Below are positions 19,595 through 31,100 of a DNA stretch of 64,000 nt, one piece after another; within the stretch, counting starts at the first letter, position 1; every line of letters starts with the position of its first letter. The stretch spans positions 237,113 to 301,112 of the forward strand of contig CAZKGL010000001.1 in assembly GCA_964552565.1 (NCBI GenBank). The letters run 5' to 3'. This stretch comes from an uncultured Gammaproteobacteria bacterium. GTDB taxonomy: Bacteria; Patescibacteriota; Patescibacteriia; UBA9934. The notes beneath the pieces were generated by a model. It did no database searches and was not told the origin of the DNA. It saw only the letters and a program-made list of their open reading frames with translations. The position numbers and the translations under genes were made by a program.

Positions 19595-20314
19595 GTGCCC
19601 ACGCCTGCGCACATCGCCACGGCACTTAAGCGGCTCCGCGCGAGGTATCCCTCGAGCGGGGCGCTTGAAATCGGGACGCCGTACCACATGGTGTCGCTCG
19701 TCATCATGTCGGCGCGGACGCGCGACGACCAAGTGCTCAAACTCGCGCCGCGGTTTTTCCGCGCCTTCCCGACGGTGCACGACCTCGCAAGGGCCGACGT
19801 CGCGACGGTCGCGGCGACCATCAACACGATTGGCATGTACAAGCAGAAGGCGAAGAACCTCTGCGCGATGGCGCAGCGTCTCGTGAACGATTTCGGCGGC
19901 AAAGTTCCGAGTACGATGGACGAGCTCGTGTCGCTCCCGGGCGTGGGGCGCAAGACGGCGAGCGTCATCCTCGTTGCCGCGTTCGACGTCCCCGCGATCG
20001 CCGTCGACACGCATGTGCACCGCGTTACGAACCGTCTCGGCTGGGTGAAAACGAAAACGCCTGCGGAGACGGAACGGGAACTTCGCCGCCGTGTCGCGGA
20101 AAAGGACTGGCCGACCATCAACAAGGTCTTCGTCCCGTTCGGCCGCGCCATTTGCATTCCCGGGTCGCCGCGTTGCTCCCTGTGCCCGCTTGTCGATGTC
20201 TGCCAATTCAAGAAGAAAAACCTCGATGCGCCGCGCAATGTCGAGGCGATCACAGCCGCAATCGCACGCCAGGAGGCCGCACTTGCCCGGCTGAAAGCAA
20301 ATGCCGTACAGTAG
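19595..20314 (+). CDS. nth: Endonuclease III (DNA glycosylase/AP lyase)
   Basis: HhH-GPD (LPGVGRKTASVIL) and FeS cluster CxxxxxxCxxCxxxxxC (CIPGSPRCSLCPLVDVC). The start is uncertain (GTG assumed) because no in-frame ATG precedes the conserved N-terminus. Confidence 0.85.
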   Translation: MPTPAHIATALKRLRARYPSSGALEIGTPYHMVSLVIMSARTRDDQVLKLAPRFFRAFPTVHDLARADVATVAATINTIGMYKQKAKNLCAMAQRLVNDFGGKVPSTMDELVSLPGVGRKTASVILVAAFDVPAIAVDTHVHRVTNRLGWVKTKTPAETERELRRRVAEKDWPTINKVFVPFGRAICIPGSPRCSLCPLVDVCQFKKKNLDAPRNVEAITAAIARQEAALARLKANAVQ

Positions 20315-20323
20315 GGTCTCACT

Positions 20324-21076
20324 ATGGCAAAGATCCAGGCGGTTATTTTGGCCGGCGGGAAGGGGACGCGCCTTGCGCCGCTGACGGACAATCTCCCGAA
20401 ACCGTTGGTGCAGGTCGCGGGCGTGCCGATTCTTTGGTACGTGCTTGGCCATCTCCGCCGCGCCGGCATGACCGACGTCGCCATCTCCGTCGCGCACCTC
20501 GGGCACATGATTGAAGACGCGCTCGGCGACGGCGGCGCGTTTGGCATGCGGGTGACGTATCTGCGCGAACCGGAGCCGATGGGGACCGGTGGGTGGGCGA
20601 AGCTCGTCGATTGGGATGCGCTCGACGACCATTTCCTCGTGTTGAACGCCGACAACATGTTTTGGATCGACCTCCCGCAGTTCCTGGCGCGGCACCACGG
20701 CGAAGGCGGCGTCGCGACGCTCGCGGCGATCGAGCTGCCGGCGGGCGACATCATGAACTATGAAATCCTCCGGCCGTCAGACGCGAAGACACGGCTCGAC
20801 GCGTGGGTCGATCGTTCGCGCACCGCGGAGGAGCTTGCGGGGAAGGCGAGCGGGTTCATCAACTCCGGTTGGTATGTCATGACGCCGGCCGTGCGGCCGT
20901 TCGTGACGGACGTGTTGCCGTTCTCAAACGAAACGCATTTGTGGCCTGCGCTTGCCGCGTCCGGCGAAACGATTGGGTTCTACCACGCAACCGAACCGTG
21001 GTTTGATTCCGGCACGCACGAGCGGCTCGCCCGCATTGAAGAATTTTTGAAGAACAATCCGAACTATGGTGCGTAA
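20324..21076 (+). CDS. Sugar-phosphate nucleotidyltransferase (NTP_transferase domain)
   Basis: MAKIQAVILAGGKGTRLAPLT...PKPLV motif. Confidence 0.75.
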   Translation: MAKIQAVILAGGKGTRLAPLTDNLPKPLVQVAGVPILWYVLGHLRRAGMTDVAISVAHLGHMIEDALGDGGAFGMRVTYLREPEPMGTGGWAKLVDWDALDDHFLVLNADNMFWIDLPQFLARHHGEGGVATLAAIELPAGDIMNYEILRPSDAKTRLDAWVDRSRTAEELAGKASGFINSGWYVMTPAVRPFVTDVLPFSNETHLWPALAASGETIGFYHATEPWFDSGTHERLARIEEFLKNNPNYGA

Positions 21077-22085
21077 GATTTTGCTCGGACTTGTTGCGCT
21101 CGGCGCCGTCGTTCTCATCTTCATCGGCATCGCCGCGCGCCAAGCGTATCGGTTTTGGATCGCAACACCCGAATCGCTCGACACGGCGGAAATTATCGTC
21201 GAGGAAGGTGAGACGTTGTCGGAAGTCGTTCCCGAGCTCGCTGATGCCGGTCTCGTGAACCCGTTCTGGTTTAAAGTGTACGCAAAGCTTTTTGGCGGCA
21301 GTTATATCCAGGCCGGGGAGTACCAAGTCACGTATGGGACGAGCTACGCCGCTATCCTCGACACGCTGCAACACGCGACCGTGGGGGAGGTTTTTGTCAC
21401 GTTCCCCGAGGGCTTTACCATCGCGCAGATGGGGGAGCGAGTCGTCGCGAGTTTTCCGGAAATTACCCAAGAAGAATGGGCGAAGATGACCGGCCAGTTT
21501 TCGCCGCTAGAATCGCATGCCTTCATTGTTGCGGCGGAGAAGCCGGACGGCGTTGACCTCGAAGGATACCTCTTTCCGGACACCTACCAGTTCTTCGAAG
21601 ACGCGACGGCCGAGCAGATCGTCACGATCATGATCGACACGATGGCGGAGCGCGTGCGGACGGTCGGGCTCGCGGAACATCTGTCCGACGAGATCCCGAC
21701 GTTGCACGACGCGCTGACGCTCGCGTCCATCGTTGAGAAAGAGGTCCGCCAGCCCGAGACAATGGCGAACGTCGCCGACATTTTTTTGAAGCGCCTGGCG
21801 ATCGGCATGGCGTTGCAATCCGACGCGACCATCAACTACGTCACAGGCGGCGACGACCCGAGCGTGTCGCTTGCCGATCTCGAGATCGAATCCGAGTACA
21901 ACACGTACAAATATCCCGGCCTTCCGCCGGGCCCCATCAGCAACCCCGGACTGAACGCGCTTGCCGCGGTCGCAACGCCGGCGCAGAACAACTATTACTA
22001 CTTCCTCACGACCGACGACGGTGAGGTGTATTACGCGACAACGCACGACGAACACGTCGCCAACAAGGCGCGCTACTTGCGCTAA
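21066..22085 (+). CDS. mltG: Endolytic murein transglycosylase MltG (YceG family)
   Basis: N-terminal TM segment, YceG core and C-terminal motifs (EYNTYKYPGLPPGPISNPG). Confidence 0.85.
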   Translation: MVRKILLGLVALGAVVLIFIGIAARQAYRFWIATPESLDTAEIIVEEGETLSEVVPELADAGLVNPFWFKVYAKLFGGSYIQAGEYQVTYGTSYAAILDTLQHATVGEVFVTFPEGFTIAQMGERVVASFPEITQEEWAKMTGQFSPLESHAFIVAAEKPDGVDLEGYLFPDTYQFFEDATAEQIVTIMIDTMAERVRTVGLAEHLSDEIPTLHDALTLASIVEKEVRQPETMANVADIFLKRLAIGMALQSDATINYVTGGDDPSVSLADLEIESEYNTYKYPGLPPGPISNPGLNALAAVATPAQNNYYYFLTTDDGEVYYATTHDEHVANKARYLR

Positions 22086-22531
22086 TGGTTGACGCTGCTC
22101 GTACGGCGTGTAGGATAGAAACGCAGCCGTACCCGGCCTGGAAGGCGTGAGGGCTTTACTAGTGGGCCCGATCGACGACCTTGCTTGTGGTGAACCCCCG
22201 CGTCACATGTCTGCGCCTGTGGCGGGCGCATCCGGTAGTAGCATTGGGGACCGGCTCCCCCATGTGACGTGCCGTGCACTCCGGTGGCCGTGTCGTGTAA
22301 AGAAGCACGGTGGGAATGGTGAGGGTGTACGGCGCAAGAACGCCTGCATCCGGGAAGCGCCAGGGCTACCGTGGCGCGGTCGGTCCATCCGACTTGGGCA
22401 GTGCCGCACCGAGCGTCGATCCGTCTCCTCCATCTCGGCACGCCCACCCTCTCCTCGTCGACGAGCCCCTGTGCGCAGGGAATCGCGACCCAGTGCGGCG
22501 ACGTCCTTCGGGACGTCGCCGCTTCATTTTT
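22086..22531 (+). other. Long non-coding, structured region ending in a strong intrinsic terminator (candidate ncRNA or long 3' UTR)
   Basis: No credible ORF. Perfect terminator GCGGCGACGTCC-ttcg-GGACGTCGCCGC + TTCATTTTT at 22495-22531. No match recognised to RNase P, tmRNA or SRP consensus. Confidence 0.3.
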
Positions 22532-22593
22532 AGCCAAATTTTGTTCTGAATCCGGGTGACTTAGACACACGGGTGTGGTAAAATCCACGCATT

Positions 22594-24714
22594 ATGAAAG
22601 AGTTCGTGCTCAGCGGTGCCGGGTTCGGCAGCCGGAAGATCGACTACGCCGCGGAGCTGAACGACGAGCAGCGCGAACCGGTCGTGCACGGTGACGGCGC
22701 GACCCTGGTGCTCGCCGGCGCGGGAAGCGGCAAGACGCGCGTCATCACGTACCGCGTCGCATGGCTCCTCGAGCAGGGCGTGCCGCCGGAGCGCATCCTG
22801 CTCCTCACGTTTACCAACAAGGCGGCGCGCGAAATGGTGAGCCGCGTCGAAGCGCTGCTTGGCGTCTATCCGCACGGGCTGTGGGCCGGCACATTTCACT
22901 CCATCGCCAACCGCATCTTGCGCATGTACGGCAGCCGCGAGGGCTTTGCGCCGAACTTTTCTATCCTCGACGAAGAGGACGCGGGCGACCTCATCAAGTT
23001 GTGCACGAAGCACCTGAAGATCGACACCGCGGGCAAGCGCTTCCCGAGTCCGAACGTGCTGAAGGGCGTCATCTCGTACCGCCGCAACGCCGCCATGTCG
23101 ATGGAAGACGTGCTCAGCCGCAAGCATCCGCACCTCTTGCCGATGCTCGCGGACATCGAACGCGTCGCGGACATGTACGAACGCCAAAAGGCGGAGCAGC
23201 AGGCGATGGACTTCGACGACTTGCTGACGGTGCTCTTGCGCCTGCTCCGCAACCATCCGGACGTGCGCGAAAAACTCGCGGACCAGTTTGCGTACATCCT
23301 CGTCGACGAGTTCCAGGACACGAACGTCATCCAGGCGGACATCGTCCACGCGCTGGCCGGGACGCACGGCAATATCCTCGCGGTCGGCGACGACGCGCAG
23401 AGCATCTACTCGTTCCGCGCCGCGGAGATCCGCAACATCCTCGACTTCCCGCGCCGCTACCCGGACGCGAAGGTGTTCCGTTTGGTGACGAATTACCGCT
23501 CAACGCCGCAGATCCTCGCTATCGCGAACAGCGTCATCGCGCACAACGAAAATCAGTTTGCAAAAGAACTCGTCGCCGCGGTGCACGACGGGGAGAGGCC
23601 GCAGCTCGTCCCTGCGAACTCCGCGTCGCAAGAGGCGCAGTTCGTCGTGGAACAGATCTGTGCGCTGCTTGACGAGGGCGCGGCGCCATCGTCCGTCGCC
23701 GTGCTGTTCCGCGCGGCATTCCACTCGCAACAAGTGGAATTCGAACTCATGAAGCGCGGTATTCCGTACGAGTACCGCGGCGGCATGAAGTTTTTCGAAC
23801 GCGCCCATGTCAAAGACGCGTTGGCGCATCTGCGCACCATCCATAACGTCAAAGACCTCATGGCGTGGAACCGCGCGCTGACGCTCCAGCCCGGACTCGG
23901 CCTCACGACCGCAAACAAGATCGCGACGACGCTCGCGCAGGCGGCGACGATCGACGAGGCGGTCGCATCGACGCCGGTGACGGCGCCCAAAGCACGGGCC
24001 GGATGGGAGGGGACGCAGCGTATGCTCCGCGCCATGCTCGCGGCACGGCCGTCGGTCGCCGACGTGCTCCGTGCGTTCGCCGCAAGCGACGACTACCGCG
24101 CGTATCTCGAAGGGGAATACCCGAACTGGCGCGAGCGCCTCGATGACGTCGAACAGCTCGCCGTGTTTGCGGAGCAGTACCAGGAACTCGGCGGGTTCCT
24201 CGACGCGGTGAGCTTGACCGCGGAATTCGGGGCGCGCATCGACGACCCGGCGCAACCTGAGGATGAAGCGGAAGGCGACGCGCTCGTGCTTTCAACGATC
24301 CACCAGGCCAAGGGGCTCGAGTGGGACACCGTCTTCATCATCAACCTTTCGGAGGGCGGGTTCCCGAGCGGACGCGCGCTCGACGAAGAGGGTGGGCTTG
24401 AAGAAGAGCGTCGGCTGTTCTATGTTGCCGCCACGCGCGCGCGGAAAAAACTCTTCCTCACATACCCCATCACTGCGGGCTACGAGCACGTGGAGCTCCG
24501 CCAGCCGTCGACGTTCCTCACGGAGATTCCCAAGCACGAGCTCGAAGAAGTGCGCTTGCGGTACGGCGGATCATGGCAAGCGACACAAGAACATCGCCGG
24601 GGTCCCCGCACCCCGGCATGGGACGACGAACCGACGATCGTGCTCGACGACGACGGCGAGCGCGTCACGAAGCCTGCGCCGAAATCATTCTTGCGTGATC
24701 TCGATGACCTGTAG
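22594..24714 (+). CDS. uvrD: ATP-dependent DNA helicase UvrD/PcrA family
   Basis: Walker A LAGAGSGKT, helicase motifs I-VI, 706 aa. A REP-like palindrome is embedded in-frame near the C-terminus (24596-24617). Confidence 0.9.
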   Translation: MKEFVLSGAGFGSRKIDYAAELNDEQREPVVHGDGATLVLAGAGSGKTRVITYRVAWLLEQGVPPERILLLTFTNKAAREMVSRVEALLGVYPHGLWAGTFHSIANRILRMYGSREGFAPNFSILDEEDAGDLIKLCTKHLKIDTAGKRFPSPNVLKGVISYRRNAAMSMEDVLSRKHPHLLPMLADIERVADMYERQKAEQQAMDFDDLLTVLLRLLRNHPDVREKLADQFAYILVDEFQDTNVIQADIVHALAGTHGNILAVGDDAQSIYSFRAAEIRNILDFPRRYPDAKVFRLVTNYRSTPQILAIANSVIAHNENQFAKELVAAVHDGERPQLVPANSASQEAQFVVEQICALLDEGAAPSSVAVLFRAAFHSQQVEFELMKRGIPYEYRGGMKFFERAHVKDALAHLRTIHNVKDLMAWNRALTLQPGLGLTTANKIATTLAQAATIDEAVASTPVTAPKARAGWEGTQRMLRAMLAARPSVADVLRAFAASDDYRAYLEGEYPNWRERLDDVEQLAVFAEQYQELGGFLDAVSLTAEFGARIDDPAQPEDEAEGDALVLSTIHQAKGLEWDTVFIINLSEGGFPSGRALDEEGGLEEERRLFYVAATRARKKLFLTYPITAGYEHVELRQPSTFLTEIPKHELEEVRLRYGGSWQATQEHRRGPRTPAWDDEPTIVLDDDGERVTKPAPKSFLRDLDDL

Positions 24715-24890
24715 AAGTGGCCGGGTCCTGCCGCCTCGGACCCCGTCGCGCTAAGCGCGACCCCGCTGGGTGCTCGAGTCGCTTCGCTCCCTGTGCGCCC
24801 ATCGGGGGCCTCCCTCGGCGTCACCCCTTTATTGGTCGAGGCGCAGCGTTCATGTCTCGCATTGTCACGCGACCGCATACAAATTCTTCT

Positions 24891-26027
24891 ATGAACTACG
24901 CTGAACGATCCCTCGAAGCACACGCGACGCACCGCGGAAAGTGGACGATTGCGAGCAAGATGCCGCTCGAAACAAAGGATGATTTGTCGATCGCCTACAC
25001 GCCCGGCGTCGCGGAGCCGTGCCGCGCGATTGCCGCAGACCCCGCGAAGGCCATGACGCTCACTATGAAAGGGAATGCGGTTGCGGTGGTGAGCGACGGT
25101 TCGTCCGTGCTCGGGCTCGGCAACATCGGTCCCATGGCCGGGCTTCCGGTGATGGAAGGGAAGGCGGTGTTGTATAAAAAATATGCGGATATCGACGCGG
25201 TGCCGATCGTGCTTGCGTCGCAGGATGTGGACGACATCGTCCACGCCGTTGCAATGATTGCGCCGACGTTCGGCGGCATCCACCTCGAGGACATCGCCGC
25301 GCCCGCGTGTTTTGCCGTCGAGCGCCGGCTGTCGGAGATGCTCGACATCCCGGTGATGCATGACGACCAGCACGCGACCGCGATCGTGACCGTCGCCGCG
25401 CTCACGAACGCGCTCAAGGTCGTCGGCAAGGAGATGGCCGGCGTGCGCATCGTCGTGAACGGCGCGGGCGCAGCTGGCATTGCCATCACGAAGCTCCTCC
25501 TTGCCGCCAGTGCGACGCAACTCGTGCTTGTCGATTCGAAAGGCATTATCGCCACCGGCCGTGAAGGGATGAATGCGGAGAAAGAAGAGCTCGCGGCGCG
25601 GATCAATCCGTCTGCTGCGACAGGGACGCTTGCCGACGCGTTGGCGGGAGCCGACGTCTTCATCGGCGTCAGCAAGCCGAACCTCGTGACGCAAGAGATG
25701 GTGCGTTCGATGCGTCCGTCGCCGATCGTCTTCGCGCTCGCGAATCCCGATCCGGAGATCCGTCCCGAGGATGCAAAGGCTGCGGGCGCCGCCGTCGTCG
25801 CGACCGGCCGGTCGGACTTCCCGAACCAAGTGAACAACGTGCTCGTGTACCCCGGGCTGTTCCGCGGCTTGCTCGATACGCATCGGAAGCTCGACGACAC
25901 GGCACGCATCGCCGCAGCGCGGGCGCTTGCCGCGATGGTCGCCGAACCGACGGCGGAGCAGATCATTCCGTCTATTTTGGATGTGAACCCCGCGCCGGTT
26001 ATCGCCGACGCGATCCGCGGGCTATGA
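24891..26027 (+). CDS. NAD(P)-dependent malic enzyme (short, MaeB N-domain type)
   Basis: Malic enzyme N-terminal and NAD-binding domains (AYTPGVA, VNGAGAAG). Start chosen at MNYAERSLEAHATHRGK. Confidence 0.8.
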   Translation: MNYAERSLEAHATHRGKWTIASKMPLETKDDLSIAYTPGVAEPCRAIAADPAKAMTLTMKGNAVAVVSDGSSVLGLGNIGPMAGLPVMEGKAVLYKKYADIDAVPIVLASQDVDDIVHAVAMIAPTFGGIHLEDIAAPACFAVERRLSEMLDIPVMHDDQHATAIVTVAALTNALKVVGKEMAGVRIVVNGAGAAGIAITKLLLAASATQLVLVDSKGIIATGREGMNAEKEELAARINPSAATGTLADALAGADVFIGVSKPNLVTQEMVRSMRPSPIVFALANPDPEIRPEDAKAAGAAVVATGRSDFPNQVNNVLVYPGLFRGLLDTHRKLDDTARIAAARALAAMVAEPTAEQIIPSILDVNPAPVIADAIRGL

Positions 26028-26632
26028 ACTACATGTACCGTAGCTCGTATTCCGCAAACCGCGGCGGCCGAGGTCCGTCGCGGTTCGGTGCGATTGCGCG
26101 CATCGCCGCGCTCGTGCTGCTCGCCGTCGGCATCTTCGTGCTGGCGGTGTGGTGGTTCCGCCGCGACGCGTCCGACGCCGAGACCGCAGGTGCGGAATCG
26201 CCGGTGGAGGACGGCGCCGACGCGACGGTTGCAGAAGATGGTAATGCACTTCCAAATGGGAATGCATTACCATTTGCGGCCGCGTCCACTGTCGCGTTGA
26301 CCGCACGCGGGGGGAGCGGCGCAGCGGGCACGGCGATGCGGACGCAAGAGTCCGGCGCGTTCCGCATCACCATCGTGGCCGACATGCCTTCGATCGATAG
26401 CGCCACGACGACGTATGAAGCGTGGTACGTGAAGCCGGGCATCACGGATTTTTTCTCGCTGGGTGAATTGTTCCCGCGCGACGACGGCAAGTGGGGCTTG
26501 GTGTGGGAGACGACCGACGCCCTTGCGCGCACCGATATTTTGGAGTTCAATCGCATCCTTGTTACCCGGGAAGCGCGGGACGGAAATCCTGCGGTATCCG
26601 CGGACCAAGTGTTGGATGGGACGTTTGAATGA
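26024..26632 (+). CDS. Hypothetical membrane-anchored protein
   Basis: ATGA start/stop overlap with the upstream gene. N-terminal TM (IARIAALVLLAVGIFVLAVWWF). Confidence 0.5.
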   Translation: MNYMYRSSYSANRGGRGPSRFGAIARIAALVLLAVGIFVLAVWWFRRDASDAETAGAESPVEDGADATVAEDGNALPNGNALPFAAASTVALTARGGSGAAGTAMRTQESGAFRITIVADMPSIDSATTTYEAWYVKPGITDFFSLGELFPRDDGKWGLVWETTDALARTDILEFNRILVTREARDGNPAVSADQVLDGTFE

Positions 26633-26733
26633 GCGATGAAAGATGGAACCATCCCGAGGCGGCTGCCGAGGGACCTCGCAAACGCTCTAGGCCCCTCCTG
26701 GCGTCGGGGTGGTTGCATGGAGCGACGACCAAT

Positions 26734-28041
26734 ATGAAAATCGCAATTATTGGAACCGGCTATGTGGGACTCGTGTCCGGCGCGGATTTCGCGTCGCGGG
26801 GGTTTGACGTCGTCTGCGTTGACATTGACGCCGGACGTATCGCGGGACTGCAGCAGGGCGTCATGCCGTTTTTCGAAGAGGGGCTCGAGCGGTTGGTGAC
26901 GGACGGCGTTGCGGCGGGGACGCTGTCGTTTACGACGGACGGCGCGACGGCGATCGTCGGTGCCGACGTCGTCATGACCGCGGTTGGGACGCCGCTTGGC
27001 GCCGACGGACGCGCGGACCTTTCTGCGGTGTACGACGTTGCCGCGCAGTTTGGCGCATCGGTCACGGGCCGCGCCGTCCTCGTCAACAAGTCAACGGTCC
27101 CGGTCGGCACCGCGGAAGCGTGCGAGGCGATCGTCCGCGGCGCGCTCGCAAAACGCGGCGTCTCGTTCGATGTCGCCGTGGTGTCGAACCCGGAGTTTTT
27201 GAGCCAGGGGACTGCGGTACGCGACACGGCGCGACCGTCGCGCATCATCGTCGGTGCGGAAGAGGATTGGGCGCGCGAGGTCATGCGGGAGCTCAACGCA
27301 TCCTTCATCGATGCGGGCGTGCCGTACCGCGAGATGTCGCGCCGCAGCGCGGAGATGGCGAAGGTCGCGGCGAACGCGTTCCTTGCGACGAAAATCAGTT
27401 TCATTAATGAGATCGCGAACCTCTGCGAGCGGACCGGCGCCCGCGTCGACGAGGTCGCGGAGAGCATGGGCCTCGACAGCCGTATCGGCCCCGCATTTCT
27501 CCGTGCCGGCCTCGGCTACGGCGGCGGGTGCATCCCGAAGGACGCCGCGGCGCTCATTGCCGCCGGCCGCGACGTTGGCTACGACTTTCGCATCCTTCCG
27601 GCGGTCGAGGAAGTCAACGCGCTCCAGCGCGAACTGTTGTACGCCAAGTTGTGCGAGATGCTTCCGGAACGCAAAGGGACGCGCGTCGCGGTTTGGGGGC
27701 TGGCGTTCAAGCCGGGAACCGACGACCTGCGCCTTGCGCCGGCGCTTTCGCTTCTCGCCCACCTTCTCGACGACGGCGTCGACGTCGTCGCGTTCGACCC
27801 CGCCGCGGCGGCGAATGCGGCGAAGCGTTTCCCGTCCGTCACGTTTGTCGACGACCCGATGGCCGCGCTTGCGGGCGCCGATGCGCTCGCCATCTGTACG
27901 GAGTGGAATATGTTCTCTTCCTCTACGCTCTCCGACATCCGCGATGCGTTGCGCGGCGACATTGTGCTCGACGGCCGCGGAGTTTTTCGCACGCAAAAAC
28001 CGCCGCAAGGACTGCGCTATTGGAGCATCGGATGTGGATAA
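26734..28041 (+). CDS. ugd: UDP-glucose 6-dehydrogenase
   Basis: MKIAIIGTGYVGLV Rossmann motif and catalytic Cys region (GYGGGCIPKD). Confidence 0.9.
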   Translation: MKIAIIGTGYVGLVSGADFASRGFDVVCVDIDAGRIAGLQQGVMPFFEEGLERLVTDGVAAGTLSFTTDGATAIVGADVVMTAVGTPLGADGRADLSAVYDVAAQFGASVTGRAVLVNKSTVPVGTAEACEAIVRGALAKRGVSFDVAVVSNPEFLSQGTAVRDTARPSRIIVGAEEDWAREVMRELNASFIDAGVPYREMSRRSAEMAKVAANAFLATKISFINEIANLCERTGARVDEVAESMGLDSRIGPAFLRAGLGYGGGCIPKDAAALIAAGRDVGYDFRILPAVEEVNALQRELLYAKLCEMLPERKGTRVAVWGLAFKPGTDDLRLAPALSLLAHLLDDGVDVVAFDPAAAANAAKRFPSVTFVDDPMAALAGADALAICTEWNMFSSSTLSDIRDALRGDIVLDGRGVFRTQKPPQGLRYWSIGCG

Positions 28042-28113
28042 CTAACGTTGAAAAACGAGCAGGGCATTCGGAATAGAGGTATCATATGTCCAAGTAATAA
28101 ATGCCTTATTCCT

Positions 28114-31100
28114 ATGCTCGCACGTTTGTTGACGTTTCGGCAGGCCCGTCCTTTGGCCTACCTCCTCGCCATTCTTGGCGCAGGTATCGTGTTTCTCCTC
28201 ACCGCGCAAAGCGCGTTTGCGGCGAACACTATCAGCACGAGTAAGTACGAAGAGTCGGGTACCGCGGACGGTACGCTCGACCGCATCCGCTTCGCGATGG
28301 ACGAGAACGTCACGGCGTGCACGTACGAGTCGGGCGACTGGAGTATCGACGCAGCGGGTACCGTTGGCCTGACCGCGATCACCGCGGTCTCCTGCACGAC
28401 GCTCGACGTGAACCTCGACATCACCGCGACATTTACCGCGAACATCACGGGCGGCGCAGTGAACCCGCAGATTGACTATAACAACCAGGGTCAGCCAAAC
28501 AGCATCTACCTCACGAGCGGCGCGATGACGAACAAGTTGAACCAGGCGATCACGGACGGCGCCAAGCCGCAAGCGAACGCGTTCACCTATGCCGACAACG
28601 ACGGCGACGGGAAGATTGACCGCGTGACCATCACCTGGTCGGAAGAAGTAGCGGCAGGATCTGTCATTGCGAAAAACGACCTCACCTTCCAGAACGTCGG
28701 TGACTTCACGGGCATTGCATTCGGTACGGATAACACCGACCTCATCACCGGCTCGACGTCAACAACACTCCTCGACCTCACGGCAGGTGCCGGCGCCGCA
28801 GAAGCGACTGCGCTGGACACGGCCGATTCCGGCAGTATCCGTATCGACTCGCAGAACGCCTGGTCCATTACTGACGGTACGAACGCGAACACCACGCTCG
28901 GTTCGCAGTCGGCGATTGCGACATATACTGACGGTGCCAAACCGGTCATCTCGACATTCGACTATTCGGACGCGGACGATGACGGCAAGGTCGATACCAT
29001 CACCGTCAACTACACGGAAACGGTTACGGCCGCATCGGTGCTCGCGGCAAACGACCTTACGCTCTCCGCGGTCGGCGACTTTACCTCGCTCGCATTCGGC
29101 GCCAACTCCACGGACCTTATTACGGGTTCGGTGACCTCTACCGCAATTACGCTCGGCACCGAGTCGACGGTAAAGGATACCGAAGACAACGCCGGCACGC
29201 TCGCCATCACGTCGCAAAATCTCTTCTCGCTGACGGACGGTACCAACACGAACGCCGACCTCGAGGCGCAGGCGCAGGCGACTGCGGTGGACGAGGCGAA
29301 GCCGGTCATCACCGCCTTCGACTACCAGGACGCGGACGATGACGGCAAGATCGACACGATCGTTACGAACTTCTCTGAAGAAGTCGTCGCGGGTAGTGTG
29401 TTGCGTCCGGCAGACTTGACGTTCTCGGCGGTCGGCGACTTTACGGCCGCGGCATTCGGCGCGAACACGACCGATGCGATCACCGGTACGGTCACCTCCG
29501 CGACGCTGACGCTCGGTACGGAATCCACGGCGAAGGACACTGCGGAAGGCGCCGGAACCATCGCCATTACCGCGCAAAACAACTTCTCCCTTGTCGACAC
29601 CGCGACGGCCGCGAACACGAACAACACCCTCGATGCACAGAGTTCGAGCGCGACGTTCGTGGACGAAGCCGCTCCGCAAATTGCGACGGTTACTTACTCT
29701 GATGCGGACGGCGATGCCAAAGTCGACACGCTAACCCTCGCCTACACCGAAACCGTGACTGCCGCGAGCGTCCTTGGCCAAAACGACCTCACGCTCTCCG
29801 CAGTCGGCGACTTCACGGCGCTCGCGTTCAGCAACTCGGCGACGGACCTTATTACCGGTTCGGTCTCGAGCACGGCGATCACCATGGGTACCGAATCGTC
29901 CGCGCAGGATACGGGTGACGATAGCCCGGCGCTCGCGATGACGAGCCAGAACCTCTTCTCCCTTACGGACGGCACGAACGCGAACGCCGAACTCGAGGCG
30001 CAGATGTCGAGCAGCGCGACGGTCGCCGACGGCGCACGTCCGATGCTCCTCACCACGTCGCCGGTAAACGGCGCCACGGGCGTCTCGGCCACGGCGAACA
30101 CGGTGCTCACGTTCTCCGAACCGATCAGCACCGGCTCGTTCACCTGGACCTCGACCGGCGGCCCTGCAATGGCAGACTTCGCGGCGGCGTGGACGGTTGG
30201 CGACACGGTCGTTACGCTGAACCCGCCGGGCAACATGGGCGGCGGCCTCCATACGGTCGACGTCACCGCAGCGCCGGACACTGGGAGTAACACGTATAAC
30301 GGCGCGGTCGCAGCGATCGCCGATCCATTCACTTTCACGGTGTCGACAAGCGGCACCACGAGCACGGGCACCTCGAGCACGGTTGGTGGCTCGGCAAACT
30401 ACTCGGTCCTCGTCGAGGCGCCGAACGGCGGCGAGACGCTGACTCCGGGCGAGAGCTACGACATCCGCTGGTCGACCGACGGCGGTTCGACAATGAGCGC
30501 GATGAACATTGCATACTCGACGAACAACGGCGACAGCTACACGGCGATCGTCTCTGACACGGCAAACGACGGCAGCTACACCTGGACCGTGCCGGACATC
30601 GATTCCGACCAGGTCTTCATCCGCATCCAGGGCACCGACCTTGCGACCGTCCTCGCGTACGACCGCTCGGACAGCGAGTTCACCATCGGTACCGTCGCGG
30701 CATCCGATGACGAGGATACGACGGACGAAGATGAGGACACGTCGAGCGACGACTCGGATACGGCGGAAACGTCGGATGATGTCACGGTCCCGTCGAGCGG
30801 TGAAACCGGCGCGTCGCCGGTGACCGGCGAGACGGAAGAGATCTCCGCGGTCGAGGCCGGCATGTACGTGCGCAGCGTGTACTTCGACACCGTCTACTAC
30901 CTGGAAGGCCAGGATGACGGTTCGATCGTCCGCCGCCCGTTCATGGACTCCCAGACCTACTTCACCTACTTCGACAGCTGGGATGAAGTGGAGACGGTGA
31001 CCGACGCCACGCTTCCGACCTTGACCCTCGGCGCCCCGATGCTTCCGCAGGCCGGCGTGGTCCTGGTCAAGATCCAGAGCGTCGCCAAGGTCTACGCCAT

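Noticed and set aside
22086-22531. Assignment of the mltG-uvrD non-coding region to RNase P RNA, tmRNA or SRP RNA
   Set aside because: I could not find the P4 helix consensus, a tRNA-like 3' end with CCA, or a tag reading frame. It is left as an unclassified candidate ncRNA only.
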